The translations under genes and the position numbers were made by a program. A model generated the notes under the pieces. That model did no database searches. It had not been told where the DNA came from and saw nothing but the letters and a program-made list of their open reading frames with translations. A DNA stretch of 20,000 nucleotides. Source: an uncultured virus (IMG/VR IMGVR_UViG_3300042317_001798). Its lineage: Duplodnaviria > Heunggongvirae > Uroviricota > Caudoviricetes. Below are positions 8,474 through 17,377 of the stretch, piece after piece (the first letter of the stretch is position 1; every line of letters begins with the position of its first letter). The stretch covers positions 56,517-76,516 of the IMG/VR virus record IMGVR_UViG_3300042317_001798; one strand, 5' to 3'.

Positions 8474-11400
8474 GTGTTCAGAAGGCGTAACCGTGTAAAC
8501 AAACCTGCTCTTGTGATGGCAGTTCCGTCAGTATTTTTTCTGCTTATCTCGATTTTTGGTTTTTCCGTGCCCGCTGGGGCGACATTCACCACAAATACTC
8601 AAATATCCAATGGACAAGCCTTCCTTCAAGGAGAGTATGCCGAAGTTGGCGTACGAGCCAACGGAGCCTTTGGCTCAACGAGCGTTCCTTCGGGTTTCCA
8701 CGCAAACCCAACAAACTGCCTCGGATTCCGAGTTGACCGTGAAATGGACGGCTGGGGTGAAACAACGGATGACGGAGACTACTTCTGTCCAGGCTCACCT
8801 TTTGAGGGCTGGCAAATGAAGGTTGCTGGGAGTATTGGCAAAAACGACCACGGTCAAACACTTATCGCAGGTGCGGTTTCTGACATTCAAGACTCTGGCT
8901 CGTCTCAATGCGTTTCTTGGATTAGTGCCAGCCCATTCAACGGCGTAAGTGTTTCGCAAAGGTACTGCGTTCCAACGGCAGGGCAAGCGCTTCATACGGA
9001 CGTGACTCTTACCAACACAACCGAGTCCGCAATTAGTGATGTGTATTTTGGTCGAGGCTTTGACCCAGACAACGCAACTGGCTCTGGCTCTATGACTTGT
9101 GCTGGTGGAACCGTGAGTACATCAATGTTCCAGTCTTGCAACGGTGTAACTGGTCAAGGAACAGAAGCACAAGCAACAGCAAGGTGGGGAAATAACGCAT
9201 TTATTGCTCTTCAGTCATTTGACGCTCGTGCTCGTGTTGCTAGACAAACTGGTGGATTTTCTTCCCCAGACCCTGCTGACATTTGGAACGCTGGAAACAC
9301 ACTTGCAACTAGCGGAACATATCTTGGCAATGTTGGAGAAATGTATGCCGACGCAGGAATATACGTTGCCCTGAATGTTCCAACACTTGGAGCTGGCTCT
9401 TCAACTTCGTTCCGCATTAGCTATGTTCTTTCGGCTGATGGAAACAATGCCCCAGTTCTTGGCTCTCCGGTTGTAAGCGGTATTGGCCAGACTTCTGCGA
9501 CTATTGCTTCAACAGTTAACCCAAAGGGTTTCTCTACCACAGCAGAATTGGTCTACTCAACTGACCCGGACTTTGGAACTTCTAGCACAATATCAATGGG
9601 GACTTTTACTGGTTCAGATGAAGTAGCTATTGATGCAGAGATTACTGGTCTTGACCCAAGCGAAACCTACTACGCAAAGATTGTTGCAACTAATGAAACT
9701 GGAACAACAGAGTCTGCTGTATTTGACTTTGAAACCCTTGCAGCTACTGCGCCAATAGTTTCATCAGAGGAACCAACTGTCACAGTTGATGACGGTCCTG
9801 TGACGCTGTCCGGAACGCTAAACCCCAATGGATTTAGTTCTACAGCTGTATTTCAATACAGCACGACGGCTGACTTCTCTGGAACTGTCGTTGACATTCC
9901 GGTCTCTGGAACTTTTACTGGCACATCTCTTTCAACCGTATCAACAGTTGTTGAAGGCTTGACTGGTTCAACCACCTACTACTTCAGACTAAAAGTCACT
10001 AATGCTTCAGGCTCGGCATATGGCTCAACTCTTTCTTTTGTTCCTGCCGACATTCCTGCCCCCACTGCTGCTTACCTGAATCCAGTTACAAACCTGACGG
10101 CTGTTGCAAACGCAGACGGAAGTGTTGACCTTGATTGGGATGCATCGGCGGCAAGCAATACCGCCATCTATGGTTACTCGGTTAGTTTTTATGACCTAAC
10201 CGTGATTGGTGGAGCCACGTCAGGAGGCTGGGGAGTTTGGACTAATCAAGGAACCAACTACTCGTTAAGCACTGGGATGTTTTCTGGAAGTAATCCTGTC
10301 ACGACTGGATATGGACCAGTTCGTTTCGGTATCAAAGCGGGAAATCAGAGTTGTTTCTCCAACGAAGGAGTGGGTCCGTGCGTGTACGGACCAGAAGTGA
10401 CTGTTGATGCAACTGTTCTTGACCCGACTCCAGTAACTACTACTACTACTACTACTACAACTACGACCAGTACGACTGTCGCTCCTGTCGTCGTGACTCC
10501 CCCATACGGTACAACAGTGCCACTCCCGCAATACCCAGAGCCTGAAACAGAATCCACAACGGTGCCGCTTCCCGTAGAAACAGAACCTGGAATCGAATTG
10601 CCGACAGAGACAATTCCAGAATATTCAGAACCAATTGGAATAGACCCAACAGAAACCGAAACGGTAGTAATAATAATTCCACCAGATGATTATACCGTCA
10701 CAGACATAGAAGACAACGAGCCAATCACGACGGTCATACTGGACAATATTCTTGAAGATACGTTCACTACCGATATTGACGCTGACGAGGTTGGCACTGT
10801 TCTTGACACACTTCTTGGCGCAGAACTTACCGACACTCAGTTTGACAATGTCCTAGAAGCCGTGTTTACCGAAGATGTTTCGGCAGATGTATTCACCGAA
10901 GCACTGACGACGATGCTGGATGCAGACATCACTAGCGCACAGTTGACGGCAGTTTTGGATTCAGCGTTCTCAGAAGATACTTCTGCTGAGAATATGGTGT
11001 CGGCTTTGGTGTCAATCTTTGATGGTCCGCTTAGTTCTGGCGACCTAGACACAGTTATGGCAGCCGTATTTGACGAAGATATATCGGTTGCGGACACTAT
11101 GACCGTACTTGGAGACTTGCTTGAAACAAACCTAAGCGCGTCAGAAACAGAAGCAATCTTTGACAGCGTGTTTGACAGTGACCTTTCCGACGCAGAAACC
11201 ATTGACCTCATCGTTGATGTGTTGGAGGAAGAACTCACCTCAGAGTTGTTGAACACTGTTCTTGGTGCGGTCTTTGACGAAGAAGTAAGCAACGAGGTTT
11301 TGATTGAAACCTTCACCGCAGTCTTGGGTAATGAACTAGACGCTGAGTCTGTTGGTGTAATCGTGGATGTGTTGGAATCTGACACGATTTCAAGCGAGCA

Positions 11401-12112
11401 GGTCGGACAAGTCGTCACGTTGGTAATTGAGCAAGAGGGTGGCATTGAGTCAGGACAAGCAACCGAACTTGCAACTAGCGCCAAGGTTCTCGAAAGCATT
11501 GACGGCGAACAAGCAGCCTCAGTGTTTAACGCAATCGTTGTTGCCGAAGTTTCCGAAGAAGCGGGTGCTGCAATTTCAGAAGCACTCACCGAGGCGCCAA
11601 CCGATGTTAAGGAATCATTTGAAGAAGAAATCAACGTATTCGCCGGAGTGTTTGATACGTATACCGCATTGGGTTCTTCTATAGATGTTGGTACAAGAAG
11701 AAGCGTAATTGCGGTAAACTTGGTGACCAGTACTGTGGCTCTAGCCGCTGCTGCTGGTGGAATACCAACCCCAGGCTCTAGTCCATCTAGCCCATCTGGC
11801 CCAAGACAAGACGTTGCGGTCCGCAGGGAGGACGAAGAAGCCGAGGAAGGTGGAGCAATCGAGGGCGAAGGTCCTGAATGGATTAAGAGAATATCTATTT
11901 ACAAATACGAAGATGGAGTAAGAGTTATGGACTGGAAGAATTTCACTAAGAAATTTGTTTACGGAGTGATGGGCTCTGGATTCACTCTTGCTGGGGCAGT
12001 GGTGATGTACTTCACATTGTCCGGGTTTACCCAGCAGGTAGCGCTATGGGGTACGTCAATCGCATTTGCTTGCGCGATGTACCTCCACATGAAAGAGCCA
12101 GATGGGGAATAA
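8474..12112 (+). CDS. Large secreted, membrane-anchored protein with FN3-like domains and acidic 17-aa helical repeats
   Basis: Basic/hydrophobic signal peptide ending AGA; FN3-like motifs (ITGLDPSETYYAKIVATN, VEGLTGSTTYYFRLKVTN, PVTNLTA...LDW); poly-Thr and Pro/Glu/Thr linker; 17-aa repeats; two C-terminal hydrophobic helices; GGAGG upstream of GTG. Confidence 0.8.
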   Translation: MFRRRNRVNKPALVMAVPSVFFLLISIFGFSVPAGATFTTNTQISNGQAFLQGEYAEVGVRANGAFGSTSVPSGFHANPTNCLGFRVDREMDGWGETTDDGDYFCPGSPFEGWQMKVAGSIGKNDHGQTLIAGAVSDIQDSGSSQCVSWISASPFNGVSVSQRYCVPTAGQALHTDVTLTNTTESAISDVYFGRGFDPDNATGSGSMTCAGGTVSTSMFQSCNGVTGQGTEAQATARWGNNAFIALQSFDARARVARQTGGFSSPDPADIWNAGNTLATSGTYLGNVGEMYADAGIYVALNVPTLGAGSSTSFRISYVLSADGNNAPVLGSPVVSGIGQTSATIASTVNPKGFSTTAELVYSTDPDFGTSSTISMGTFTGSDEVAIDAEITGLDPSETYYAKIVATNETGTTESAVFDFETLAATAPIVSSEEPTVTVDDGPVTLSGTLNPNGFSSTAVFQYSTTADFSGTVVDIPVSGTFTGTSLSTVSTVVEGLTGSTTYYFRLKVTNASGSAYGSTLSFVPADIPAPTAAYLNPVTNLTAVANADGSVDLDWDASAASNTAIYGYSVSFYDLTVIGGATSGGWGVWTNQGTNYSLSTGMFSGSNPVTTGYGPVRFGIKAGNQSCFSNEGVGPCVYGPEVTVDATVLDPTPVTTTTTTTTTTTSTTVAPVVVTPPYGTTVPLPQYPEPETESTTVPLPVETEPGIELPTETIPEYSEPIGIDPTETETVVIIIPPDDYTVTDIEDNEPITTVILDNILEDTFTTDIDADEVGTVLDTLLGAELTDTQFDNVLEAVFTEDVSADVFTEALTTMLDADITSAQLTAVLDSAFSEDTSAENMVSALVSIFDGPLSSGDLDTVMAAVFDEDISVADTMTVLGDLLETNLSASETEAIFDSVFDSDLSDAETIDLIVDVLEEELTSELLNTVLGAVFDEEVSNEVLIETFTAVLGNELDAESVGVIVDVLESDTISSEQVGQVVTLVIEQEGGIESGQATELATSAKVLESIDGEQAASVFNAIVVAEVSEEAGAAISEALTEAPTDVKESFEEEINVFAGVFDTYTALGSSIDVGTRRSVIAVNLVTSTVALAAAAGGIPTPGSSPSSPSGPRQDVAVRREDEEAEEGGAIEGEGPEWIKRISIYKYEDGVRVMDWKNFTKKFVYGVMGSGFTLAGAVVMYFTLSGFTQQVALWGTSIAFACAMYLHMKEPDGE
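10436..10456 (+). repeat. (ACT)7 in-frame microsatellite encoding part of a poly-Thr linker
   Basis: Seven perfect ACT copies followed by degenerate Thr codons. Confidence 0.9.
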
Positions 12113-12208
12113 GTACTCAATTTAGTAACTTATTATTATCCAACTTTTGTTGTAAAATCTTTTAGCGTTCTTTAGCGCTCTCAGTTATTTGCACGAAAAG
12201 AGTTGACA

Positions 12209-12970
12209 ATGAGCAAGCTTGCATGGGATTACATCGTCCCCGTAGTTCTTCCAAAAGACCTTAAAGGCATCGAACCAGGAAAGCTCCCTGCCAATCTTTT
12301 AAGAGCTGTCCCAGGCGGTGGGAAAATGCATTGGATTGCTGCATCCGCATGGACGGCAATGGTTGAGAAAGCAAAAGCTGAAGGTGTTGAACTAAAACCG
12401 ACTTCCAGCGGCGATACATATAGAGATTACGAGAGCCAAAAAAAAGGATTTCTCACCAGATACCAGCTTGAGCCAGTAGCCGGTACCAGCACAAAAACAT
12501 TTGAGGGGAAGACTTGGTATCTCAAGAAGGGTATGGCGATGCTTGCCACGCCGGGTAAATCGCAGCATAACCTCGGCTTGGCCGTTGACGTTCATTCAGC
12601 ATCAGAACCAAAGCGCCTCAACTGGCTTATTGCAAATGTTAAAGAGTTTGGTTTCTCATGGGAAGTGGTTCCATCAGAGCCATGGCACCTTCGATATGTC
12701 AACGGCGACAATGTTCCGGCATCTGTAAAAGCATGGATGGACGCAAACGGAGTAGTTGCTCCAGCAGGTGGTGCTCCAGCCCCAGCATCTGGTAGCAACG
12801 ACATAAGCAAGCTCCAAGAAGCACTTAAGGCTAAGGGTTTCTATAAGGGCGCAATCAACGGGCAAAAAGATGCCGCAACCGACGAAGCAATTAAGGCGTT
12901 TAAAATTGCCAACAATCTTGCAGCTGACTCGGTAGCTGGTCCAAAAGTAAAAGAACTTCTCGGCCTTTAA
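12209..12970 (+). CDS. Endolysin: M15 (VanY-like) Zn peptidase with C-terminal peptidoglycan-binding domain
   Basis: S...YR, PGKSQHNLGLAVD (SxHxxGxAxD), EPWH; Pro/Ala/Gly linker; LQEALKAKGFY.G..NG....T..AIKAF..ANNL..D..AGP PG-binding pattern. ATG 12209 preferred over TTG 12203. Confidence 0.9.
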   Translation: MSKLAWDYIVPVVLPKDLKGIEPGKLPANLLRAVPGGGKMHWIAASAWTAMVEKAKAEGVELKPTSSGDTYRDYESQKKGFLTRYQLEPVAGTSTKTFEGKTWYLKKGMAMLATPGKSQHNLGLAVDVHSASEPKRLNWLIANVKEFGFSWEVVPSEPWHLRYVNGDNVPASVKAWMDANGVVAPAGGAPAPASGSNDISKLQEALKAKGFYKGAINGQKDAATDEAIKAFKIANNLAADSVAGPKVKELLGL

Positions 12971-12986
12971 CAACAATCGAGGGACT

Positions 12987-13238
12987 ATGCAACAAGCAAT
13001 TCTTCCAGCAATAATCACAGGGTGTTTCGGAATTCTTATTGCCCTTGTGCAAAAGGGCAGAAAAGAAAACACACGCGACCACGGAATTGTCGCCGAACGC
13101 CTAGAAGCACTGCGTGAAGATATTCACGATATTGATTTAGATATAGCTGTAATTGAAGCAAAAATAGATGGCCATATCAACGACCATGCCGTTGGTTTGG
13201 TTAGCGAGATACGACACAAGAAAAAGAGCAAGGTATGA
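12987..13238 (+). CDS. Small membrane protein (N-terminal TM plus coiled coil), lysis cassette
   Basis: One hydrophobic helix then heptad-like region; directly after the endolysin; GAGGG upstream. Confidence 0.6.
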   Translation: MQQAILPAIITGCFGILIALVQKGRKENTRDHGIVAERLEALREDIHDIDLDIAVIEAKIDGHINDHAVGLVSEIRHKKKSKV

Positions 13239-13525
13239 ATAACTTAAAGCACATCGTGCTTAGAATTCTTGCTGTTTTTGCATCAAATGCTCTTGGCGTC
13301 ATCGGAGCTGGTGCAATTGCTGGAATCCCACTGTGGAAAGCATGCTTTGTTGCCGGCATAGGCGGCGTAGCAACTGTTGTGGAAAGACTCGCTCGTGCAT
13401 ATATGGATGACGGTAAACTCTCTGTTGCAGAAATAGACGGAGCCTTCAGCCAGGCCAGACAAGAGGTCGAGGCAAAAGCGGAAGAGGCATCTGCGACTAA
13501 GAAAGAAAAATCAGCAACTGCATAA
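13235..13525 (+). CDS. Putative holin
   Basis: Two hydrophobic segments, DDGKLSVAEI motif and charged tail; ATGA overlap within the lysis cassette. Confidence 0.55.
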   Translation: MNNLKHIVLRILAVFASNALGVIGAGAIAGIPLWKACFVAGIGGVATVVERLARAYMDDGKLSVAEIDGAFSQARQEVEAKAEEASATKKEKSATA

Positions 13526-13629
13526 TTTGCTGCAACTAAATACCTACACCTATTTGACATTTTGCTGTGATAACTTTTTGTTGTCCCACCGCGCCCAAGG
13601 TCGAACCACAATTTTGAAATTTATCCGAA

Positions 13630-13992
13630 ATGCCCGCACCTAAAGAGATAGAACAACTATGGCACTGTGATGGCCACGAACTTCTTCTTAGGATAAACCG
13701 TGCTGAACTCGAAATACTCTCCATCTTCTGTCCACATGAGGAAAAAGATGGGCCATGCAAGAATCGGAAAGGCGAGTGCATAGTCTCAACACACATCACC
13801 AGATACGGGATGGACTGCAATGGTGGCGTATCTCCGGCAATGGAGAAGCTATCTCTCTGCTGGACGCTTATAGGAGATGTAGATGATATCGATTCTTCAC
13901 AGCTGTGGTTTATGCCGACATCCGACGATGTGTTTCAAGCATGGATTATTGCGAACAACGAAGACGAAGAAACTACTGAGAGCGATACTTAG
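13630..13992 (+). CDS. Hypothetical Cys/His-rich protein
   Basis: 120-aa ORF filling the gap; six Cys, several His, acidic tail; 3' end overlaps the convergent gene by 20 nt. Confidence 0.6.
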   Translation: MPAPKEIEQLWHCDGHELLLRINRAELEILSIFCPHEEKDGPCKNRKGECIVSTHITRYGMDCNGGVSPAMEKLSLCWTLIGDVDDIDSSQLWFMPTSDDVFQAWIIANNEDEETTESDT

Positions 13993-14437
13993 ATTTTTGA
14001 CTTGCTCGTCTATTTTTAATTAATCTCATCCTGTTTTCGACAGCAATAAGTATTTCTTCTTCTTCGTCATACTTGTCCATGCTGTCTGATTTTGCAATAT
14101 TTGATATCTGCTTATTTGTATTAGCTACATACCTTTTGCCAAGAAATCTTTCTTTTTGACCGCGGTAAACAGCGGCTGATTTAAAAATCTGCTCAATTCC
14201 ATTTTCTGTTATGAGCCACTCATCCTCTGATGCCCGGGATATGTAGCCATTTTTCTCCAAAGACTTTAATTGCTCTTTAGCGCGAGAGATTCCAGTTTCA
14301 TGGAACACACCCCGAAGGCATTCTTTTAATTGAATTGCGCTAAATGACCGTCCGTAAGACTTCATCATTTTTGCGAAGCAAAGGGTGTTGTACCCAGCTG
14401 AGTTGTAAACGACTAATCCTTTTGTTGAGCCTGGCAT
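13973..14437 (-). CDS. Putative winged-helix DNA-binding protein
   Basis: AKEQLKSLEKNGYISR...WLITENG matches a recognition helix plus wing; basic C-terminus. Confidence 0.55.
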   Translation of the reverse strand: MPGSTKGLVVYNSAGYNTLCFAKMMKSYGRSFSAIQLKECLRGVFHETGISRAKEQLKSLEKNGYISRASEDEWLITENGIEQIFKSAAVYRGQKERFLGKRYVANTNKQISNIAKSDSMDKYDEEEEILIAVENRMRLIKNRRASQKSKYRSQ

Positions 14438-14451
14438 GAGCTGGAAGCGTA

Positions 14452-14901
14452 TTAGAAGGGTTCTTGTTCTACAACTTCATCTTCGTTTTTTTCTTGCGTT
14501 GAGTACATCGATTCAATCGCATTGGCAAAATGTCGTATATCAGGTTGCTCAAGAACGAGATTTTGGTTAACCCGATAAATATTTTGGCGATTGACTTTTG
14601 TCTTTGTAATTAGACCAGCATTAATCAGCTGCTTAACTGTTTTGTCAATCATGGTTTCGCTTAAATCTAAGTATACAGAAATTGCGCGAATAGTCATAGT
14701 CGGGTCTTCAATTATCGCAATCAACACACGTCCAGGTGTTGATAGAAGACCTATGTCAGAATCACGATGGTAACGCAAAACCTTCTTGCTGTCTAATGCG
14801 CGAAGTATTTTCTCAAGCGTTTCTTCCGTCGACTCCCCAGGTCTCGCATCGATAACTTCTTCCAAAGCTTTTTTAATGTCTTCAGTTTTTTGTGCCCTCA
14901 T
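14452..14901 (-). CDS. MarR/AsnC-like winged-helix regulator
   Basis: RVLIAIIEDPTMTIRAISVYLDLSETMIDKTVKQLINAGLITKTKVNRQNIY. Confidence 0.8.
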   Translation of the reverse strand: MRAQKTEDIKKALEEVIDARPGESTEETLEKILRALDSKKVLRYHRDSDIGLLSTPGRVLIAIIEDPTMTIRAISVYLDLSETMIDKTVKQLINAGLITKTKVNRQNIYRVNQNLVLEQPDIRHFANAIESMYSTQEKNEDEVVEQEPF

Positions 14902-15020
14902 GACATGTCACCCGCTCCCCACGTCCATGGTGTACTATCAATTGGGGTCACGACAGAGGTCACACCACAATTCACAGTCGGTAAACGATTCATACCAAGA
15001 GAGAGTAGCAGGTGGGGATA

Positions 15021-15290
15021 ATGCTAAAAGATGCATTGAATTCGCTAAAGGCGACGCAGGGTAAACAACAGCTATGTAAGTTGGGAAGATTGGTCACTGA
15101 CCTCGAAGACGATGAATCACAGCTTCTTATTGACATCCTGCGTAGCGACGTGTCCACAATGAATTTAGTTCGGACACTGAAGTCAGAAGGCATATCGCTA
15201 AGTCGAGAATTTCTCGGAGAGAAAAGAAATTGCTTCAAAGATGACGATGAAGCACGGACATGCTGCATAGCAGAGAGGCTAAAGAAATGA
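15021..15290 (+). CDS. Hypothetical protein, possibly metal/DNA binding
   Basis: ORF coupled (ATGA) to the phosphoesterase; one N-terminal and three C-terminal Cys. ATG 15021 follows GGTGGGG; GTG 15012 is the alternative. Confidence 0.6.
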   Translation: MLKDALNSLKATQGKQQLCKLGRLVTDLEDDESQLLIDILRSDVSTMNLVRTLKSEGISLSREFLGEKRNCFKDDDEARTCCIAERLKK

Positions 15291-16504
15291 CCACAAAGAA
15301 AAAGCCAACATCAAAACTGGGTGAAAAATTAAAAGCCGTCAAGGTGGCCCAGCAAAAAGAAGATGCTAGCGCCAAGGCTCTCGGTGATATCGCAGCGATG
15401 CTCAAGGCCAAAAACATCGACCCGTCCGAAATTGGGACTATTAACAAAGTGTCGTTGTATCAGACGGTAACAAAGAACGAATTGGGCGAGACGGAAGTCC
15501 ATAATTTGCAAGCAATTCAGTTCAGCCCCACTTGGGACCAGGGGCCACAGTGGCCACTAATTGAACAAGGCCCCAAGATACAACTACAAAAGTCAACGAC
15601 AAAAGTCACCCGTCCGAAAGGCTGGGAAGAGGCTGTCATCGTACCTGATATACAAATCGGCTTTTACCGTAAATCATTGGATTCTATGGACCTGGAACCA
15701 ATCCACGACGAGCAGGCAATAGCAGTAGCCTTGAAACTGATTGAAGACATCCAGCCAAATCAAGTGGTGATGGTCGGAGACAACTTAGACTTTGCAGAAT
15801 TCGGCAAATTTTTGACTGCTGCTCCGTTTAAGCAACTAGTTCAGGCAGCTATCGACAGGGCAACAATGCTTTGTGCCCAAATTAGGTCAGCTGCACCAAA
15901 TGCAAAAATCTCGTGGATTGCCGGCAACCACGAAGCCAGAATGGCGAGATATGTCCAAACCAACGCCGAAGCCGCCTTCGGAATCACTAGAGGCAAACTC
16001 AATGACGAATTGAGGGATAACTGGCCAGCCATGTCGGTTCCATACCTTTGTCGAATGGACGAGTTCGGGGTTGACTATATTCCTGGATACCCAGAGTCCT
16101 ATGTCAGCCTGAATGAAAACCTGATGGTTATCCACGGACACAAGGTTACGTCCAATGGTTCAACGACCAGTAAGTACCTAAATGACGCCCATGTGTCGGT
16201 GATATACGGACATATCCACAGGACAGAGTATGCCTTCCGCACTCGTCTGTCCAAGAATGGTCCAAGAACCATCATGGCGGCAAGTCCTGGCTGTCTCTGC
16301 AGGATAGACGGCGCAGTTCCTTCCACGAAATCTGGCGCAGATGAATTCGGACGTCCTATGCTCATGGGAGCAGAGAACTGGCAACAGGGAATGGCAGTAG
16401 TCCAGTACCAGCCGCCAGGGGTAGGCAACGAATGGTTCAACTACGAGCCAATGTGGATTTATAACGGACGAGGATTCTTCCGAGGCAAGGAGTACAGCGC
16501 ATGA
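15287..16504 (+). CDS. Calcineurin-like metallophosphoesterase
   Basis: PDIQ, GDNLD, GNHE, HGH, GHIHR motifs in order. Start reassigned to ATG 15287 (GAGG upstream, ATGA overlap). Confidence 0.85.
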   Translation: MTTKKKPTSKLGEKLKAVKVAQQKEDASAKALGDIAAMLKAKNIDPSEIGTINKVSLYQTVTKNELGETEVHNLQAIQFSPTWDQGPQWPLIEQGPKIQLQKSTTKVTRPKGWEEAVIVPDIQIGFYRKSLDSMDLEPIHDEQAIAVALKLIEDIQPNQVVMVGDNLDFAEFGKFLTAAPFKQLVQAAIDRATMLCAQIRSAAPNAKISWIAGNHEARMARYVQTNAEAAFGITRGKLNDELRDNWPAMSVPYLCRMDEFGVDYIPGYPESYVSLNENLMVIHGHKVTSNGSTTSKYLNDAHVSVIYGHIHRTEYAFRTRLSKNGPRTIMAASPGCLCRIDGAVPSTKSGADEFGRPMLMGAENWQQGMAVVQYQPPGVGNEWFNYEPMWIYNGRGFFRGKEYSA

Positions 16505-16746
16505 GTTCAAACGACCTTCCGCAAGAGTGGAGCGACTATTCAAAAGAAAACCTCCTCGAGGACATGGAACTTCTGAGGAAACAAGGTTTGATTGAAGTAG
16601 TAGGGATAAATAGTGACGGTGATTGGCTGTACGCCCTCACCGAATCAACAAGAAAGTTAATTGACGAAAACAAGTCAGACGACCCTTGGGCTGTGATATC
16701 ACAACTACTCATCGATGAACTACCGAATAGAGACGATATCAGTTGA
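16501..16746 (+). CDS. Small hypothetical protein with a wing-like motif
   Basis: AGGAG upstream, overlaps both neighbours; LRKQGLIEVVG...LYALT. Confidence 0.6.
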   Translation: MSSNDLPQEWSDYSKENLLEDMELLRKQGLIEVVGINSDGDWLYALTESTRKLIDENKSDDPWAVISQLLIDELPNRDDIS

Positions 16747-17369
16747 CAACAATAATCGGCATTCAGGGAGATGGGTTCTGTATAGCGACCGCTGATTCGC
16801 GTATCGCTGAGACCGATGCCGAGTCAAATTTGATTTCGCAAATTGTCGGTCTAAAAGAGAACAACAGCAAATTAGGGATTAACGGTAAGTACATACTCGG
16901 CGCTGCCGGCGACCTGCGGGCAATAAATATCCTGCATCATGCATTCAGCCCACCAACTCCGCCCCCAAATCTCAAAGGCAAGAAGCTTGACCATTTTGTT
17001 ACAGTTAAATTTATCCCAAGCTTGAGAGAATGCTTCGAAGCACAGGGATATGCCTCACCCGACAACGATTCAAAACAACATATCGCCGAACACGCTTCAA
17101 CGATATTCATGGCTGTCAATGGACAGATTTACATCATTGACGGTGACTACTCATGGATTTCAGACTCCAGTGGGATGTTTGCCATCGGAAGCGGCGCTCA
17201 GTACGCACTCGGAGCGATGTTCGCCATGCAACCGAAAGGCAAGATGACTGTTGGTGCAGCGCGAAAGCTTGCACTAAAAGCAATCGCCGCATCTGCCAAG
17301 TTCGACCCCTATACCGGTGCTCCGTACCATACGTTTTCACAGGGATTAGATAAAACCACTGACCGCTAG
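16743..17369 (+). CDS. Ntn-hydrolase of the HslV / proteasome-beta family
   Basis: N-terminal (M)TTIIGI...ADSR, conserved Lys (NSK), GAAG, AIGSG..YALGA, DPYTG; no propeptide; TTG start overlapping the upstream stop. Confidence 0.85.
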   Translation: MTTIIGIQGDGFCIATADSRIAETDAESNLISQIVGLKENNSKLGINGKYILGAAGDLRAINILHHAFSPPTPPPNLKGKKLDHFVTVKFIPSLRECFEAQGYASPDNDSKQHIAEHASTIFMAVNGQIYIIDGDYSWISDSSGMFAIGSGAQYALGAMFAMQPKGKMTVGAARKLALKAIAASAKFDPYTGAPYHTFSQGLDKTTDR

Positions 17370-17377
17370 TTACTTCT

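Noticed and set aside
10436..10456. Phase variation at (ACT)7
   Set aside because: Triplet unit keeps frame; slippage would only alter linker length.
10837..11634. 265-aa antisense ORF
   Set aside because: Mirror of the acidic repeat region of the 1212-aa gene.
12141..12205. RBS-sequestering hairpin before the endolysin (CAACTTTT / AAAAGAGTTG)
   Set aside because: Short, bulged, AT-rich pairing over a long loop; not convincing by eye.
13554..13576. TTGACA plus TAACTT as a -35/-10 pair
   Set aside because: Spacer is 11 nt; only the extended -10 TG-A-TAACTT is plausible and is too weak alone.
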